A stretch of 64,000 nucleotides of DNA, taken from contig MU054187.1 of the NCBI GenBank assembly GCA_013239625.1, positions 1,745,757-1,809,756 on the forward strand, given 5' to 3'. Under the pieces are notes generated by a model that did no database searches, was not told the origin of the DNA, and saw nothing but the letters and a program-made list of their open reading frames with translations. Each line of letters begins with the position of its first letter. Position 1 is the first letter of the stretch. The translations under genes were made by a program, and so were the position numbers. This document shows, one piece after another, positions 1 to 13,450 of this stretch. The stretch comes from Lama guanicoe. Lineage: Eukaryota.

Positions 1-240
1 GGGTGGGGGGGTGGGAAGGGACAGACTGGGATTTCAAAATGTAGAATAGATATACAAGATTATACTGTATAGCACAGGGAAATATACACAAGATCTTGTG
101 GTAGCTCACAGAGAAAAAAATGTGACAATGAATATATGCATGTTCGTGTATAACTGAAAAATTGTGCTCTACACTGGAATTTGACTTGTAAAATGACTAT
201 AACTCAATAAAAAATGTTTAAAAAAATGAAAAAAAAAAAG
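1..240 (+). mobile_element. LINE-1 3' UTR end with A-rich tail
   Basis: tatactgtatagcacagggaaatat...tgtaaaatgactataactcaataaaaaa is typical of artiodactyl L1 3' ends. Confidence 0.8.
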
Positions 241-1519
241 AATATTGTGTAGGCTGGACTGGAAAAGAATCATGAGTGCAAAAGAGATGGGATAAAAACC
301 CAAAGTCAGTTGTTGGATGTTGTCACAGTCTGTGAAATCCACGTAAGTACCCCCCTCCACATAGATGGCACAAACCAAACCTTCCATGGACGAGTGGGGC
401 ATCTCTCTGTGTGGCAGAGCTGCCCTCGCATGCCGTGCCCTAACCACATCAGGTGTTGGAGGAATCAAGTGCAGAAGCAGCCTCAGAATCCTGAGGGAAC
501 ATTCAGGAAAATGTTGTGCACTGTGGAAGGAAATGAGTTTGGAAATTGAGAGCATCGTGGGAAATGCGCATAATTCAGTCACAGGAACAGGCTAAAAAAG
601 GCCATTGCAAAGTTGATTCACTCATTGTTGGGGCCAGATCCGAGTGTAATTGCAGTGGAGAAATTAGCATCTGATTATCACAGAGCAGTTTTGAAAAACT
701 GTGTCTTGGCCAATTTGTTTTTCTAAATCTGTGGAGCATCAGTGAACGTGAGTCAGGCAGTGATATTTTTTCAGGCTCTGCCCACTTAGTGCCAAAACCC
801 TTAGGTGAAAAGTAAAAAAAAACCAACCAAAATCCGTACTCATACAGACGCAGATGATTTTAGCTCTATACCAAATATCTCACCTACAGTGTTTGCTATT
901 GTAACTCACAGTTTTACACATTTTGGGTGGAAAAAAACCCCCCAATAATTTGCATGGTAAGTAGGATTTCTTGAGGTGGAGTGTAGGGGGTGACAGTCCT
1001 TCTACTGGGCTGCCTGTAGGTGCCTGGCCCTCCTGACATCCCCATATTAAGGGATCGGTCGCCCACAGGACAGTGAAGGGATGGGGCTCTGTTTGGTCGC
1101 ACCCCCTCCACTCCCTTCTGGCTGCCTCTTCTTTTCATTTCAGCAAAACGGACAATGAAAATGTAATCAGCATAAACAGGTAGCAGGACTGACGTGAAAA
1201 CACACTGGCCGAGAGGATCAGCCCCACTGGCTGCACGTCCCCCTGAATGAACCAGCCCAGAGCATCCTGCAGCTCGTTTGCAATTCTAAGTTATAATAAT
1301 TCCACTTTTTTGAAATGGCTCCTTGAACTTGGTCTCCTCCAAATTTCCAACGTGGTTGCCTTTGCTCAGATTGTCAGCTTTGCAGGAGACTCAGCAGCCT
1401 TCCCACATTTTCCCCCACTGTCTACTTCACCCTCTAACCCAGAGCCAAGATTCTTCTCAATCAAGAGTCAGGTTCAGGGTAATGTGGTGGGAGAACCATG
1501 GTATCTAGTCGTGGGATGT

Positions 1520-1645
1520 GGTCATGGTGTCTGGGGTCAGACAGACCCGGCTGTAAATTCCAGCTGCTCCATTCTCCAGCTGGGTGATCAGGGACAAGTT
1601 ACTTAACTTTTTGGAGGCTTCTGTAAAATAAGACCGCAATAGTAT
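1520..1645 (+). mobile_element. MIR SINE remnant
   Basis: gtcagacagacc...aattccagct...gctgggtgatcagggacaagttacttaac...ctgtaaaat matches the MIR core pattern. Confidence 0.6.
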
Positions 1646-4600
1646 GCCTTGCGGTGGGGGCCACCCCGAGACCGCACACGTCTGTGTTTGGCAGCTCTCC
1701 CTTAGACACCCCTCCCGCGGGCTCCGCCCCGGGGCTCCGCTCATCGGTTTCACCCACTCAAGGCATCCGGGTCTGTCTGCTGAGGGTGAGGGCAGGTGTG
1801 TGCCTTCTAATTGGCTCTTTTCACGGACTCCAGGCTGATGCTGTTGGCCTTGGTAGATAGCTGACTGGCTCCTGCCACATTTTGAGAACGTGCAGTGTCC
1901 CCACGCCCAGGACTCCTGCTGCCTCTGGCTGCCTGGGCTCCATACCTTCCTTGAGGCTATCAGCTCCAGGGCCTCCAGATTCCTTAACTCCATGGAAAAA
2001 CCTCTGCAAATTTACCTTGGAGAGCAGAAACTCACCCACACGTCTTACCAGACACGTCTACACGGCCTTACTACTGCAGTGTGTGCATTTAAATGACTAC
2101 AATTCCAGGAAATTCTGCCCAGGAAGACAGAGCAGTTAACTATATCGTTCATTTCAGGAACTTCTCCCAAATCCACTTACGTGAACACTGGATCAATCAA
2201 TTTCCAATATCCGTTAACTTTCTAAGACTCCCTTCAAAACTCTCCCCTCTTAGCCAGGGTCCACTGTAAGCGATTACAGCATGAACCTGACCCAGTTAGG
2301 GCTTCCAGGGGCAGATCTGCCCCAGACCAGAGCCCCCAAACCGTGCGTAACCAGCTTGCCTTCCCCTTCAGGGGCAGATGGTCCTCCTGTGCTAACAGTA
2401 AGCACAGATTCCTCGTCCCCGAGTGCTCACTCCTGCTTAAAGGAGGAGAAACCCACTTGCTGTTTTGTTGGCTCGCTCATTCCAGACAGGTTCCGTGAGG
2501 CTCTGCTTCAGCACTGAATGCAGGCGTGCACTGCAGAAATTACTCCAACTAGTACAGTGATCTTGTAAGACAGAATCTGGTTCTGTAGATTGGTGATTGT
2601 AAAAAAAAAAAGCTAAAGTGAGTAGCTTTTCAGGTTGTGTGAGCATATTTGATGTAGTTATAGATGTAATGGTGCTGATAGCCACTTTTTTTTCAGCTTG
2701 CACACATAAAAATTATAATAGTTCTCAGATGTTTCCAGAATTTGGCAATTTCTCCCTCAAAAAGCAAAAGAAGAAGAAATAAAAAAAAGGCTTGTGATTT
2801 CTAAGCGGCCAAAATACACTCTTGGCTTTTCCCTTTTGGACATTTTTCTGGCTTCTTGCAGAAGGAAGGGTCAGATAACACTGTTCCACAGAAATTTAGT
2901 GAGAGCCACACACGAACTTTGCATTTTCTAGCAGTTACGTGGAAAATCAGTAAGACAAAAAGAAAAATTAATTTTAAAATTCTATGTTATTCAACCACAT
3001 CCAACACGTCCCCAGCTCGTGCCCAGCTGCTCCCGCTCCGGGCGGTGCAGGAGGTGCCAGAGGCGAGCCGGGAGAGGCAGGTGGGCGGGAAGGACCGGGT
3101 GTGGACTGGCCCGTTCTCAGGGGAGCTGGGAAGCGGGGCAGCGGACAGCTGTCCTCAGCTGTGCGCGTGGGGCTCAGCCAGTTGGCGAATCCCTGTCAAG
3201 GTGCGCACTGGTTATAACCGTTCATGGCTCTCAGGATTGTAGGGAGAACTAGATCGCGTGTGAAAACACTTGGGAAGTTCGTGGTGAACGTTAAGCACTG
3301 AATAAATGTTAAAACGGACTTGTGTGCGCACACATTCGCGCACACACACGTTACTTTTTAAATACTCGCGGCTCTTGGCAGTACCTGTGGGGACAGGTCC
3401 GAGCCCGAGAACCAGCTTCCGCTGTTGTTCGTAAGGAATTTGCAATCGCTTTTCATTTACCTTTAAAAAGTCATATGATACCAGGTTGGGTAATGTTCCT
3501 GTTCTTGTTTCTTCTCTATTTCTTCCCACCCACCCACCCCAGCCCCATTCCTTTCCTCCTCCCCCCCGATTCTGCTGATTATTTCCATCTTAGCTTCTGG
3601 TCTAGATGATTCTCTGCAGACAAAGGAGGAGACAGTGGAAACACTCACTTTTCCTTTCCGTCCACAGAAGTATCTGAGAAATTTGTGGATGTGTTTAGAG
3701 CTAAGCTGCTAGACTTCTGATGAGTCAGATCGAGCCTTTGATGTTTGCACTGACCGAAAAGCAGAGGCGAGAGGCGTTAACTCGTGGCTGCTCCCACAGG
3801 TGGGGTGTGGACGCTTCTGGTCCTTGCGCCTTAGTTTTGAAATTCAAGAACACTAGTCTTGGGGAGAAATGTTTACAGAGAGTTCCAGTGGCTGAAAGTT
3901 TGGTTCTTTAAAAGCATCAGTAGCGTCTTTCCCCCAAAGTACCATTCCTACATCAAAACATCTGAAATCTCTAGCCCGTGCGTCCAATCCTGGATTTCCT
4001 TCCAAACTGAGTAAGGTAATTGGTCGCAGAAGGAAAATGACCGCATTTCTGTATGATAACACGTATTTGAGTATTATCAGTAGCTGTTTCTTAAGGGCAG
4101 GGAAATTTACATCCTGTTTATGTTTTTAAATATTCAACTGCTGGTAAAGGTCAGTACAAAGTGTCCTTTTATTTGTCGGGGGCCAATGCGAAACTATCAA
4201 CACCAAGCAGCTAATGACCCAACACAGTAATTACATTGCTTTGCTCTAAAAACAACAGCAACAAAATGAGTTATTTGCATTTTCCTTACTTGGGGGCTGA
4301 TATTATAACTCATATCAAAATTTTCAATCCCAGTTTGTCACATGAATTATTAGGGTGTCACATTTTCCTGATGTGACTTTACAAGAAAAACACATCACAA
4401 CAGCGTGGCTGAAAAGTGAAAATGAAGTTTCTTTGAACAACTTTATCCTGACTGGTGATTAAAGTGGCCCCTCCTGCCCTTGGACTGTGACTGAGGCGGG
4501 TCGGGGTGCCGGCCAGCCAGTCAGGGGTTGGCTGGACGGGGCTGGTGGCCTGCAGAAAGGATAAGAGCTTCTCTTCAGGTCAGAGCTGGATTGTATCCTG

Positions 4601-6804
4601 CCTTGTACCTATTTCTGGAGTGTCAGGCAAATTCTTGACTCTCTGAGGCTCACAGTGCTGGTGGGTTTCCATTGGGTTGTGGCTCTGAAGTTACAAGAGC
4701 AGGTGCAGGGGCTCAGGTCGCCAGGAGACATTGTTATCACATCAAGATTTAGGGCCATGCCAAGTGTCTGGGCCCAGGAGATGTCTTTACCTTGACTGAT
4801 TCTTGTTTCCTGCTTCCAGGTGAGACAGCATCTGACAGGTGAGTAGAGAGACCCCTGTGGGTTAGATCTTAAAAATGATGGAGTGTGGTCCAATCAGGCG
4901 GTACCTTTTCCCAGTTTTAGGGTCTTGGGCCAGTTGCCAGCTTTTCTGTGTCCCAGTTTCCTCACCAGTGCAACTGGGCACGGTGATCCTTACTCCATAA
5001 ATGGGTTTGAAGGTTTCAGGGGATGAGTACACAGGCACCACTGACAGTGTCTGACAGCGTAGACAGTTATTAGCCAATTAAGTCTGCTTGGTTTATAATT
5101 ATCTGCTCAAAAATGAGAGGCACCAGCAGGGTACTACGCCCTGACCACAGCAAGAGGGACATAACGTGCAGAAAGAGATGTAGAAAGCATTCCTTTTAAG
5201 AATACTTGTAAAATATGTATGCACCACAAGTGAATTTAAAGAGCTTTTTCTAAGGAGTCAAATCAAAGACTCATTTACCCTTCTTTTCTGCTCAGAATGT
5301 GGTTTGAGTAGAAGCATTTGATTCTGCCTCTGAAGGGTCCAGGACCTTTCATGAGATGAGGACAACGGTCTCCACACAGTAGCCTGAAAACCATCACAAC
5401 AACATGTCTGCAATTTTTATTTCCTAACGTGCCTCACAGGTGCAGCCCCGAACACAGTTTTGCTGCCTTCGTGTGAGAAATGCTCATTGTTTGAACTGGT
5501 GGAATAAGTTGTCTCTAGTGGACGTCTGGTCTTGTCATTCTGCGGTTTTGGGTCTTTCTCTGGCACTCTGAGGTCTGCGGGTGGAAGTTCAGCTCCTCAG
5601 CTTGGACGTCCATGACTCTCTCTCCCACTGACCTGGGCTTTTCGCCTCTTCTCCCGTCTCACCAGCTTCCGGATGTTTTAATCCCCTTCCGTTGCTTGGT
5701 GGGTACCTACCTCACCACCACCCTTTGTACGTGCTGCCCACGCTGCCTGCAGTGCCTGTCCTCGGACTTGCCCGGCTCACCTGGAACCAGCACTTTTCCC
5801 GGGAAATCAGAGGCAAGGAGGCCCCCTTCCCACTGTTCCCATAGGAGCCCATGTCCCCAGTCGTAACACCGTCACCCATTTCATCGCCCCAGGCTGAACG
5901 CACGCCTTCGACAGCACGTGTGTCGTGTGGGTGGGTCTTACTCCCCATTCTCTTCTTACTTCCAGTAGGACTGGCTCCTTCTCTGACGTGTTCGGTGGCA
6001 GGGATGCAGACACTGCTCACTGACGTAAGATCCCAGGCAGAGAAGGGGCACGTACTCTGCAAGGGGTGAGCAAAGAACAGGGAGCAGGCTGCATTGTGAT
6101 CCACTTATGCAGGACAGCTTACGCGTGCATCCTGTGCACACAAACACGGGGACTGAGAGCAAGCTGCACTTCCTGTGCATTAACCGCTGTGTGCCACCCC
6201 CGTGACACGAAGGTCTACCCGGGGACCCCAGCTTTCCCCCGGGGCCCCAGACCTCCCTTCAGGTAAGTTTGCTTTATCACAATGGTTATGTAGGTTTTCC
6301 CACATTGAGCATAAGTGGGGATCAGTCCCAGAGAGGTGTAAATGAGCAGAAACTGGAAAATGAGACTAAGCTGATGCTTGGACATGAGATAGGAAAAACA
6401 TGCAAACAAAGGAGTTGCTGTCAAGAATTACTATTATTTTCCTGTATATGGAGTTCCGCTGGCTTGTCTGAACAGACAGGCACCCTCAGCACTCAGAGCA
6501 GAGCTGGAATCGGGGGCGTGGGGCCTCTGCCCACCGCTCGCTAGATGCTGGTGCCGGCAGGGGCTTCTGGACATCGAAAGCTCCTGTGGTCCTGGATGTG
6601 TATTTCCTTCCTGACCCACGGCTGGGATGGCTCACCAACTGGCAAAAGAAAAACAAATCCTGTCCACTTGGGGTGAAAAAGTAAGCCGAGCAGACTGGTT
6701 GACAGACTCGAAAGCATCAGAGTCCCTCAGAGGCCCAGGTGTGCCCTCCCCGCACTGAGCTCCTCCAGGATTGTGATTCTCAGAGCTTGAGAAAGACCAC
6801 AGCG

Positions 6805-9066
6805 AAACTCATTATCAATTTTTATTTCCTACCATACACCAAATGTACAGCACTGAACACAACTGGTTGCTTTGATGTAAGAAATATTAACTGTTTGAAG
6901 AAACAGTATACAAACAAGCTACTTCAAATTAAAAAAGATGCATACATCATTGCCTTTTTGTTGTTTACAAAAGACCCGATTTACAGTATCGATCATTAAC
7001 ATAGTTGAAAGGAAAGAAGTTTCAGTGCACATTACAGAACACGCCAGTACAAAGGAGGCAAATAAATACAAACACACATCACAAAGCATCCTGTCCGAAC
7101 TAGGCAAACACGAACCAATTAACCTGAAGTCAGAGTAAGTTATGGTTGGTAAGAGATTTCTTTTAAATTAAATAAAATATATAACAAACTTGTTAAAATA
7201 TTTAGCAAATTAAACTTTCGTCTTTGTAATAAGTGAACTCATTTGTATGCAACTATCAAGTATCGTATAGTAAAATGTCTGCAAGTACATAACTTTAATA
7301 GAAAATCTCGTTTGGTGTCTTATTTATAATAGACAGCACATATGGTAGCTCTTTTTTTTTAAGTTGATTTTTAAATAAACACCGTTCCTACCTAAGAACA
7401 GACATCTCATTTTCACTAGACTAGGAGTCGAGGATTCAAATGAACCCCAAACCGAAGATCAGCCCCACGTGGCACGAACAGTGACTGCAGTGTCAGGGGA
7501 GCGGTCGCTGTCCGCGGTACTTCACTCTGTGCAGTAGCAGTAACTACAGCGGAACACATCAAGCCTGTGAGTGCCACTGCATTCAGTGCACACGTCCGTG
7601 AGGCGAGGAAAAATAAGCACTTTGTCACAGCACAGAAATCAAGCCCATTTACACGGAGGCACGTCGCACACCAGGTGTGTGTGCACAGCAGAAAGGCAGT
7701 TGAGCTGGTTGTCTATACCTTTTTGTTAAGAAAAATAAATATAAAAAAACTTCTGAAACAATGCTTAACTACTTTACAATCCCTGAAATAGACATTGCCT
7801 TTACGATAGCAACTACTGAACTCTGATCCATCCGGAAATTCAAGGTCGCGGGCTCAACGTCGAGTCGGTGAGTGTGTGTGGGTGTGTGCCTGTGGGCGTG
7901 CGTGTGTGTACTGTGCAGCACGTGTAGCCCCGCAGAAAGACTTCTACCAACTTGGATGCTGCCTGGTTGTTGAGGGAGGCTGAGACAGCGTCGCCAGCGC
8001 TCAAAGCAACGACTGAGATCCAGGTAACATTTTTGCATGTGTGACTATTTTTTTCCATTCCTTTCCAGTCAATCCAGTAAGATAAATGCTATTTCAGGGG
8101 ATTTGGTATCTACACGGTTTTCCATTTGGATGCGTCTGCATTTGCCAAGTACAAACCTACGTCATCACCCCTTGTGCGTTGTGCCAACGTGGGGCAGGAA
8201 AGCCTGGCCGGTCACATCAAGTCTTCCTTCTTGTCTTGGGGTAAGAGTTGCCAACTATCTGATTTAACTTGAAAAACAAATAGACAAATCTGCGTCACTA
8301 AAAGCCTTGCTCCTTTAAAACGTTCCAAATAAATAATTCATTTTAACTGAAACTCCACAGCCAAGTCGAATCCTTTGCTGATTGCTCTATTTAATTATTG
8401 CTGACAAATTCAGAACCGGCTGATTTCCAGGCTCCTGTGCTTCTGTGAGGGCGCACACCCCACCAGTGGGTGTCCTTTACCTTGTGTGCACCTTACCCAA
8501 GCGCATTTATAAATACGAAGCCAGTGAGGGGGGAGGGGGCAGAAGTGTGCAATAAAAATCAAACTGGACCCTAGTGCAGTCCTTAGACAAGGATTTCCTT
8601 CATACTTTTCCATCTTTCATTTAAACCCAGCAAGATATGTGATTTGACAATAGTATTTCTATTTAAATTCTATTGGAAAATAAATTAATAAACACACTTG
8701 TAAAAATACGGCAGACTTCAAAATGCAGTTAAAGATAAAAAAACTCTTTGATTAGAAATAAATAAAATATAAAAATGTCACATTTATTTTACATATACTT
8801 TACAAAAAAAAACCCAGAGAGAGTGCAATGAAGAAACAAAAGAAAAACATACGAAAATAAATAAGATCTAATATTTGACTGCATTGCGTTTAATCCAAAG
8901 AGTCTATCATAGATTTTTTTTCCTTTTCATGTCAGCTGGGGGAGAATTAGTGCAATGGTGCAGTTGTAAACGCAGGGCGGCACCTGCCCGCCTCAGCGGC
9001 GAGCCCCGGTCACATCCGGCGGCGTGGCTGCGGGGGCGAGCCCCTGCCCTCAGTGCGTGGTCCTTC
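6805..9066 (-). other. ST18: ST18 3' UTR (~2.25 kb, U-rich in transcript)
   Basis: Stretch between the stop codon and the distal AATAAA, A-rich on the plus strand, with no interspersed repeat that I recognised. End is approximate. Confidence 0.7.
6821..6826 (-). terminator. Polyadenylation signal AATAAA (distal)
   Basis: Plus-strand tttatt. On the minus strand it is preceded by TGTA motifs and followed ~20 nt later by GU/U-rich gtttcgctgtggtctttct. Confidence 0.7.
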
Positions 9067-9207
9067 CTACACGTGGATGCCTCTGACCGCCTGTTTGATG
9101 CTCTCCAGCAGAGCCTTGCACTCCGGGGAATGGTCCCGCTCCAGATTGCTGTACATGTCTGTGAGCGTGTTGACGTAGGCCTCGAAATTCTGCTCACTGA
9201 TGGGCCC
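9067..9207 (-). CDS. ST18: ST18 terminal coding exon [47 protein letters not shown]
   Basis: Acceptor ccatttag at 9208. TAG at 9067-9069. 46 codons plus stop. Confidence 0.96.
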   Translation of the reverse strand, partial: GPISEQNFEAYVNTLTDMYSNLERDHSPECKALLESIKQAVRGIHV

Positions 9208-11389
9208 CTAAATGGGGACAAGACACATTGCACATGTCACGTGATCCAGGCTGTGGGGAACGGGGACCACGGGCACGGGAGAGCATTTGACCCTGGCATC
9301 TGGGAGGAATGCAGGTATCTGGGGAGATGCAGAGACTAAGTGGGTGCTGCTCCCTCTTCACTTGGTTAATGGGGTTAGTGTGCCCAAATGCTCCCGTTCT
9401 GTGGTCAGTTTGCAGCCACAGCAGGTGGACGTCTGGCTGCTGGGCTGGGCCACTCACAGCTGCACCGCGAATCCCGACAGGGGGGCTCAGCCCGATGTGC
9501 GGTGCGCAGCACGGAGACACTTCTTGCGGGAGGTGAGTGTGGGCGGGGTGGGGAGGAAGGCTTTGCAGGCGCCAGAAGTTCCCACTGGCAGCTCTGGGCT
9601 GGAATTTAAGGAATTCTCGGTGGGACAAGTTGCTCACTCACCAGCTGCCTAGTGGGAGTGTGTCCTCATTTCCTCCTTTTGTCCGTCTTCCCCTGAGGGT
9701 CACAGTCATAGGCTTATTCATTTATTTATTTTAAAACCTCTCTGTCTTTCTGGGTGGAATGTTGGATTCACAATGTCAGGGTCTGTTCGCCTCTGATTCT
9801 TTGTGTGTGCGCTGGTATCTCCTTTGCCTAACATGGGACTTCAAAGAACAGCCCCAGATGTGGGGCAGATGTGGACACTGCACAAGAGTATGAGGGACTG
9901 AGGGGCGGGGAGGGAGCGCCGCTCAGCCACTTTTGGGTGCGTTCCCCAGCTTTTTGCAGCCGTGCCACCCTGACCTCTCAAGAGGCTTGGAAGACAGGAC
10001 TTGTAAGAGGTCTGAACACTAAGGAGCAGTAACACCACTGTTACCGCTGGCTTTCTCAGCGTGAAGCTGACTGTGTGGTGCTCAGCGAGGCACTGATCTC
10101 TCAGCGCCGTCTGACCCTGACTTCTGTCCCTGTGTCGTTTCTGCTGTAGTTTCATGAGTTTCTAGCTGGCCGAGGACGCAGGTGGCAGAGAAAAAGGGGC
10201 CACGCTGCAAAGCCAGGTCACCTCGCTCGCGCTGGCTTTGGAACCTCGGTTAAATCACGTAGGTCTCTGAGCCTCGAGTTTGTCACCCATAGGATAGGAG
10301 ACCGGTGCTCGGATGAACTGTGAATGGTCAGTGTGGTCAGCCCCCAGATCACCACGAGCATGCCGTGTACAGAACTATGCAAAGTACGGCTTATCTCCTA
10401 CGGTTAATGGTTCTCACAGCACCGTCGAGAAAAGTGTTACAGAATCCAAATGTCAAGTAAGAGTTAGACAAACGTTAAGAAATAACATTACAGTAACATC
10501 CAATAATTACCTTACTATTGGCCATAAAGTGACAGTTTATTTTCCTTTTGTTTTTTTATTACATTATTTAAAAAAATTATTGATGTTTTTTACTTGTCAA
10601 GAGACATATTTGGAATATGTCAAGGTGGGCGCTCTGTGCTGGCAAGTTGGGTAAATTGAGATTTGTTGCTTTCAGGAAAACCAGCCACATTTCTTTATTA
10701 AATTGCTGCTTGTTTAAACCATCCTGTATATCAAATTTGCAGCTTTAGAAAACTTGTTCTAAAAACGTATGCACTGAGGAAATTAAAAGCATTCAGCAGG
10801 CAGCCCGTCTTCCAAATGTTTATTATATTTGTGAAAATGGAAAAGAAACTAATTTTCTATGAATTTTAAATAATCTCAATGCCTCACATATGTGTTCAGC
10901 TTTTGGAAACAGGATACCTTGCTCACTTTTATGCTTTTTATTCCATATGAAGAGACCTTTGGTAAGTTCTTCACACTTAGGATGAAGGAACCACCAAGTT
11001 GAATGGTGTTTTCACAGTTCTTGAGTTGGGTGGATGAGGTGAATGGCTGGGTCTCAGATTTTGTAAGCCATGTCAGCGAGTTTTCTCTTTGGAAACCAGT
11101 CTTTAGAGTGGGAACTTTGGCTTCCAACTTTCGTATCCCCTTATGAGACAAGTTTCAAATAAACCTTCATCTTTAAATGACTCCCGCGGCATCAAAAGCA
11201 CTTGGGCGCCATGCAGTGTAAACGCACGTATCTGTCACGTTCCCAGGGAAGTGACTGCAAATCGACGTGACGAAGTGGGCGGCGGCTGGGACAGTGGATG
11301 GCCCCCCCAGAGCCGACACTCCCGCCCTGGCCCATGGGTGACAGCTCGCCGACACTGGGAGGACTGGGAAGCCGGGGGGTGGGACTCAC

Positions 11390-11533
11390 CATCTGCGGGA
11401 GCTGGATGTCGGCGAGGCTGGAGATGAGGGCCCGGCTCAGCCCCGCCAGCTCCTGCAGCAGGCTCTCGTTGCTCTGCTCTATCAGTCTGTTCTCCTCCTC
11501 TATCGTCTTCAGGTTGCTCTCCATTGACGTGAT
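11390..11533 (-). CDS. ST18: ST18 exon Q (144 bp): [20 protein letters not shown]...DIQLPQM
   Basis: Acceptor gtttcag, donor GTGAGT. Phase 0-0. Confidence 0.96.
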
Positions 11534-12029
11534 CTGAAACGGAAATAACTTGGGAATAGGAGCGGCGAAGCTGGGAAGCACGAGGCATCAGCTGCAGACG
11601 GCAGCCTCCCCCAACCAGGCTGCAGCCTCTCCCCGCCCCCCAGCCCCATCGCTCTGGGGATACGGAGCATCCCCGAGTGTGTCTGGAGCCCAGATGTCCC
11701 CTGGGATGACAGGTCCTCGTCTCCATGAGGCTGGAGATGGACATCTCGAGCTCTGCCCATTCAAGGGCAAACCCCCGCTGTTTCCTGCACCCACTCCCTA
11801 CGTGGTCCTCTCCTTTCCAGCTGATGGCGACCTGCCTGCTGTCCAGGCCTGGGAGGCGGCCTGATGCTCTTTCTCTCACACTCACAGCCACCGGCTCCTC
11901 CTTCCAAAGGCCCAGAGTGGGGACTGTCCCCACTTGGACTGTGCCCCCTTCTCAGGGGCATCCCTGAATCCGGCTGTGTCCCCCAGTCTCCCTCCCCGGC
12001 TTCAACACACTTACCAACACAAGTCTCTT

Positions 12030-12500
12030 AAAACGTCAGGCAGATTGTGGGTCATATGGGATTCTGTTCACCCGCGGCTCTAAACCCCACAGTGGCTTTG
12101 CGTTCATTCACTACAAAACCCAACACCTGAAAAGTGGCCTGGGGGGCCCCACGGGTTACCTGGGGCTCGTCCCCCCCAACTACACACCTGCCAACCCTGG
12201 GCCTTCTCGGGGTTGAGGGGTCTGGCAGTGGCCGGTGTTACTGTTCACAACACTCTTTCCCCAGCCTGTTTGCTCACCCCCTCAGTTCCTCAGGTCTCCG
12301 CCAAATGCCTCCTTCTCCCAAAGCTGAGCCGGGCTGTCCTGTCTCCTGGGGAAACCTGACTGCTTCTCCCGGCCCCTTCTCCCAGACGATGCAATTCATC
12401 ATTTATGATTTTTTTTTTTTTGGTTATTGTCTGCCTCCCCTTCTAGACTTTAAGCTCCAGGAGGGCAGAGATCGTCGCTTTCTCCACTAACGGTTTGCAG
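12030..12500. mobile_element. LINE-2 remnant
   Basis: ttattgtctgcctccccttctagactttaagctccaggagggcagaga matches the L2 3' end motif. Boundaries approximate. Confidence 0.5.
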
Positions 12501-13346
12501 GACGCGTTTCAATGATTTGCATACCAAGGCATGAAGCCCTTTTCGGAGTCCTGGCCGCTGTATGTGGGAGGTCACGATGCTGGTCACACTGAGGCCTGTT
12601 TTTCAGACGGACTCACAGCTGCTGTGAGGGAGGGTGTCTGAGAGTCAGTAACAGGTGGTCCACATGCCCACGTTTCAGGAGAGGGGGAGGAAGACACTGC
12701 ACCCTGACTTCATCTCACTATTCTTTCCCTTTGGGTTTGTTGAATAGACTCATTATTAGTGTTTTTAAAGGTCCAGGACTGAACCTTTAATTTCCGTGTG
12801 GGTAAATGTAGTCAGGGGGTGGGGGCAGACATTATACAGGGGGATGCAGAACTGAGAGATTGCTTGGCTTTTCAGGAAACAATCTCTCATGAAAGTCTGG
12901 GAAAAGATCTGTTTCTGTCAAACACTGACTCATTCAGGGGTGTTCTAGGAAAATTAAATTAAAAAGTTGCTCTGTTTACCTTGAACTACGAGTGAAGGTA
13001 AGTATTTTCAAATCTCCTCGTGACAGTTTTTCTAAAGCACCACGTGCTCGACAAGTGTCTGCAATTACAGGAGGATCTGTTTCATTTGCTGATAAAACCT
13101 CTGGTGCGCCCGAGGCCATGGGAGCGGTCCTGCCCACAGCTGCCAAGTCGCAATGGCTGGGGGTTCACCTGGTCAGGTCTGCGCCATGATGGTGCAGTGG
13201 GACCTTCTCTGTATTCACTGCAGGAGGTCAGGATGTGCTTTATCGCGAGGTTTAAGATCCAACAGTTCGATATTCTGTCTCCATTTAGGATTATGATTAC
13301 CTAAAGACACTGCTTCCTCTCTCTTTTTCTTTTTTTTTCTTTTTAC

Positions 13347-13450
13347 CTGAGTCTGGAGTTTCATCATATCCGCTTCAATTTTAAGATTGGACTCGTTCAG
13401 CTCCTTTATTTCTTCATCCAAGTGCCTGATTTCTTCATCACTCTCTATAC
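13347..13450 (-). CDS. ST18: ST18 exon P (104 bp): [34 protein letters not shown]
   Basis: Acceptor ttttcatag, donor GTAAAA. Phase 1-0. Coiled-coil heptads. Confidence 0.95.

Noticed and set aside
8875..9339. 154-aa plus-strand ORF
   Set aside because: Antisense to the terminal ST18 exon; typical shadow frame.
11235..11933. 232-aa minus-strand ORF overlapping exon Q in another frame
   Set aside because: Crosses both splice sites into GC-rich intron sequence; no sign of coding signal.
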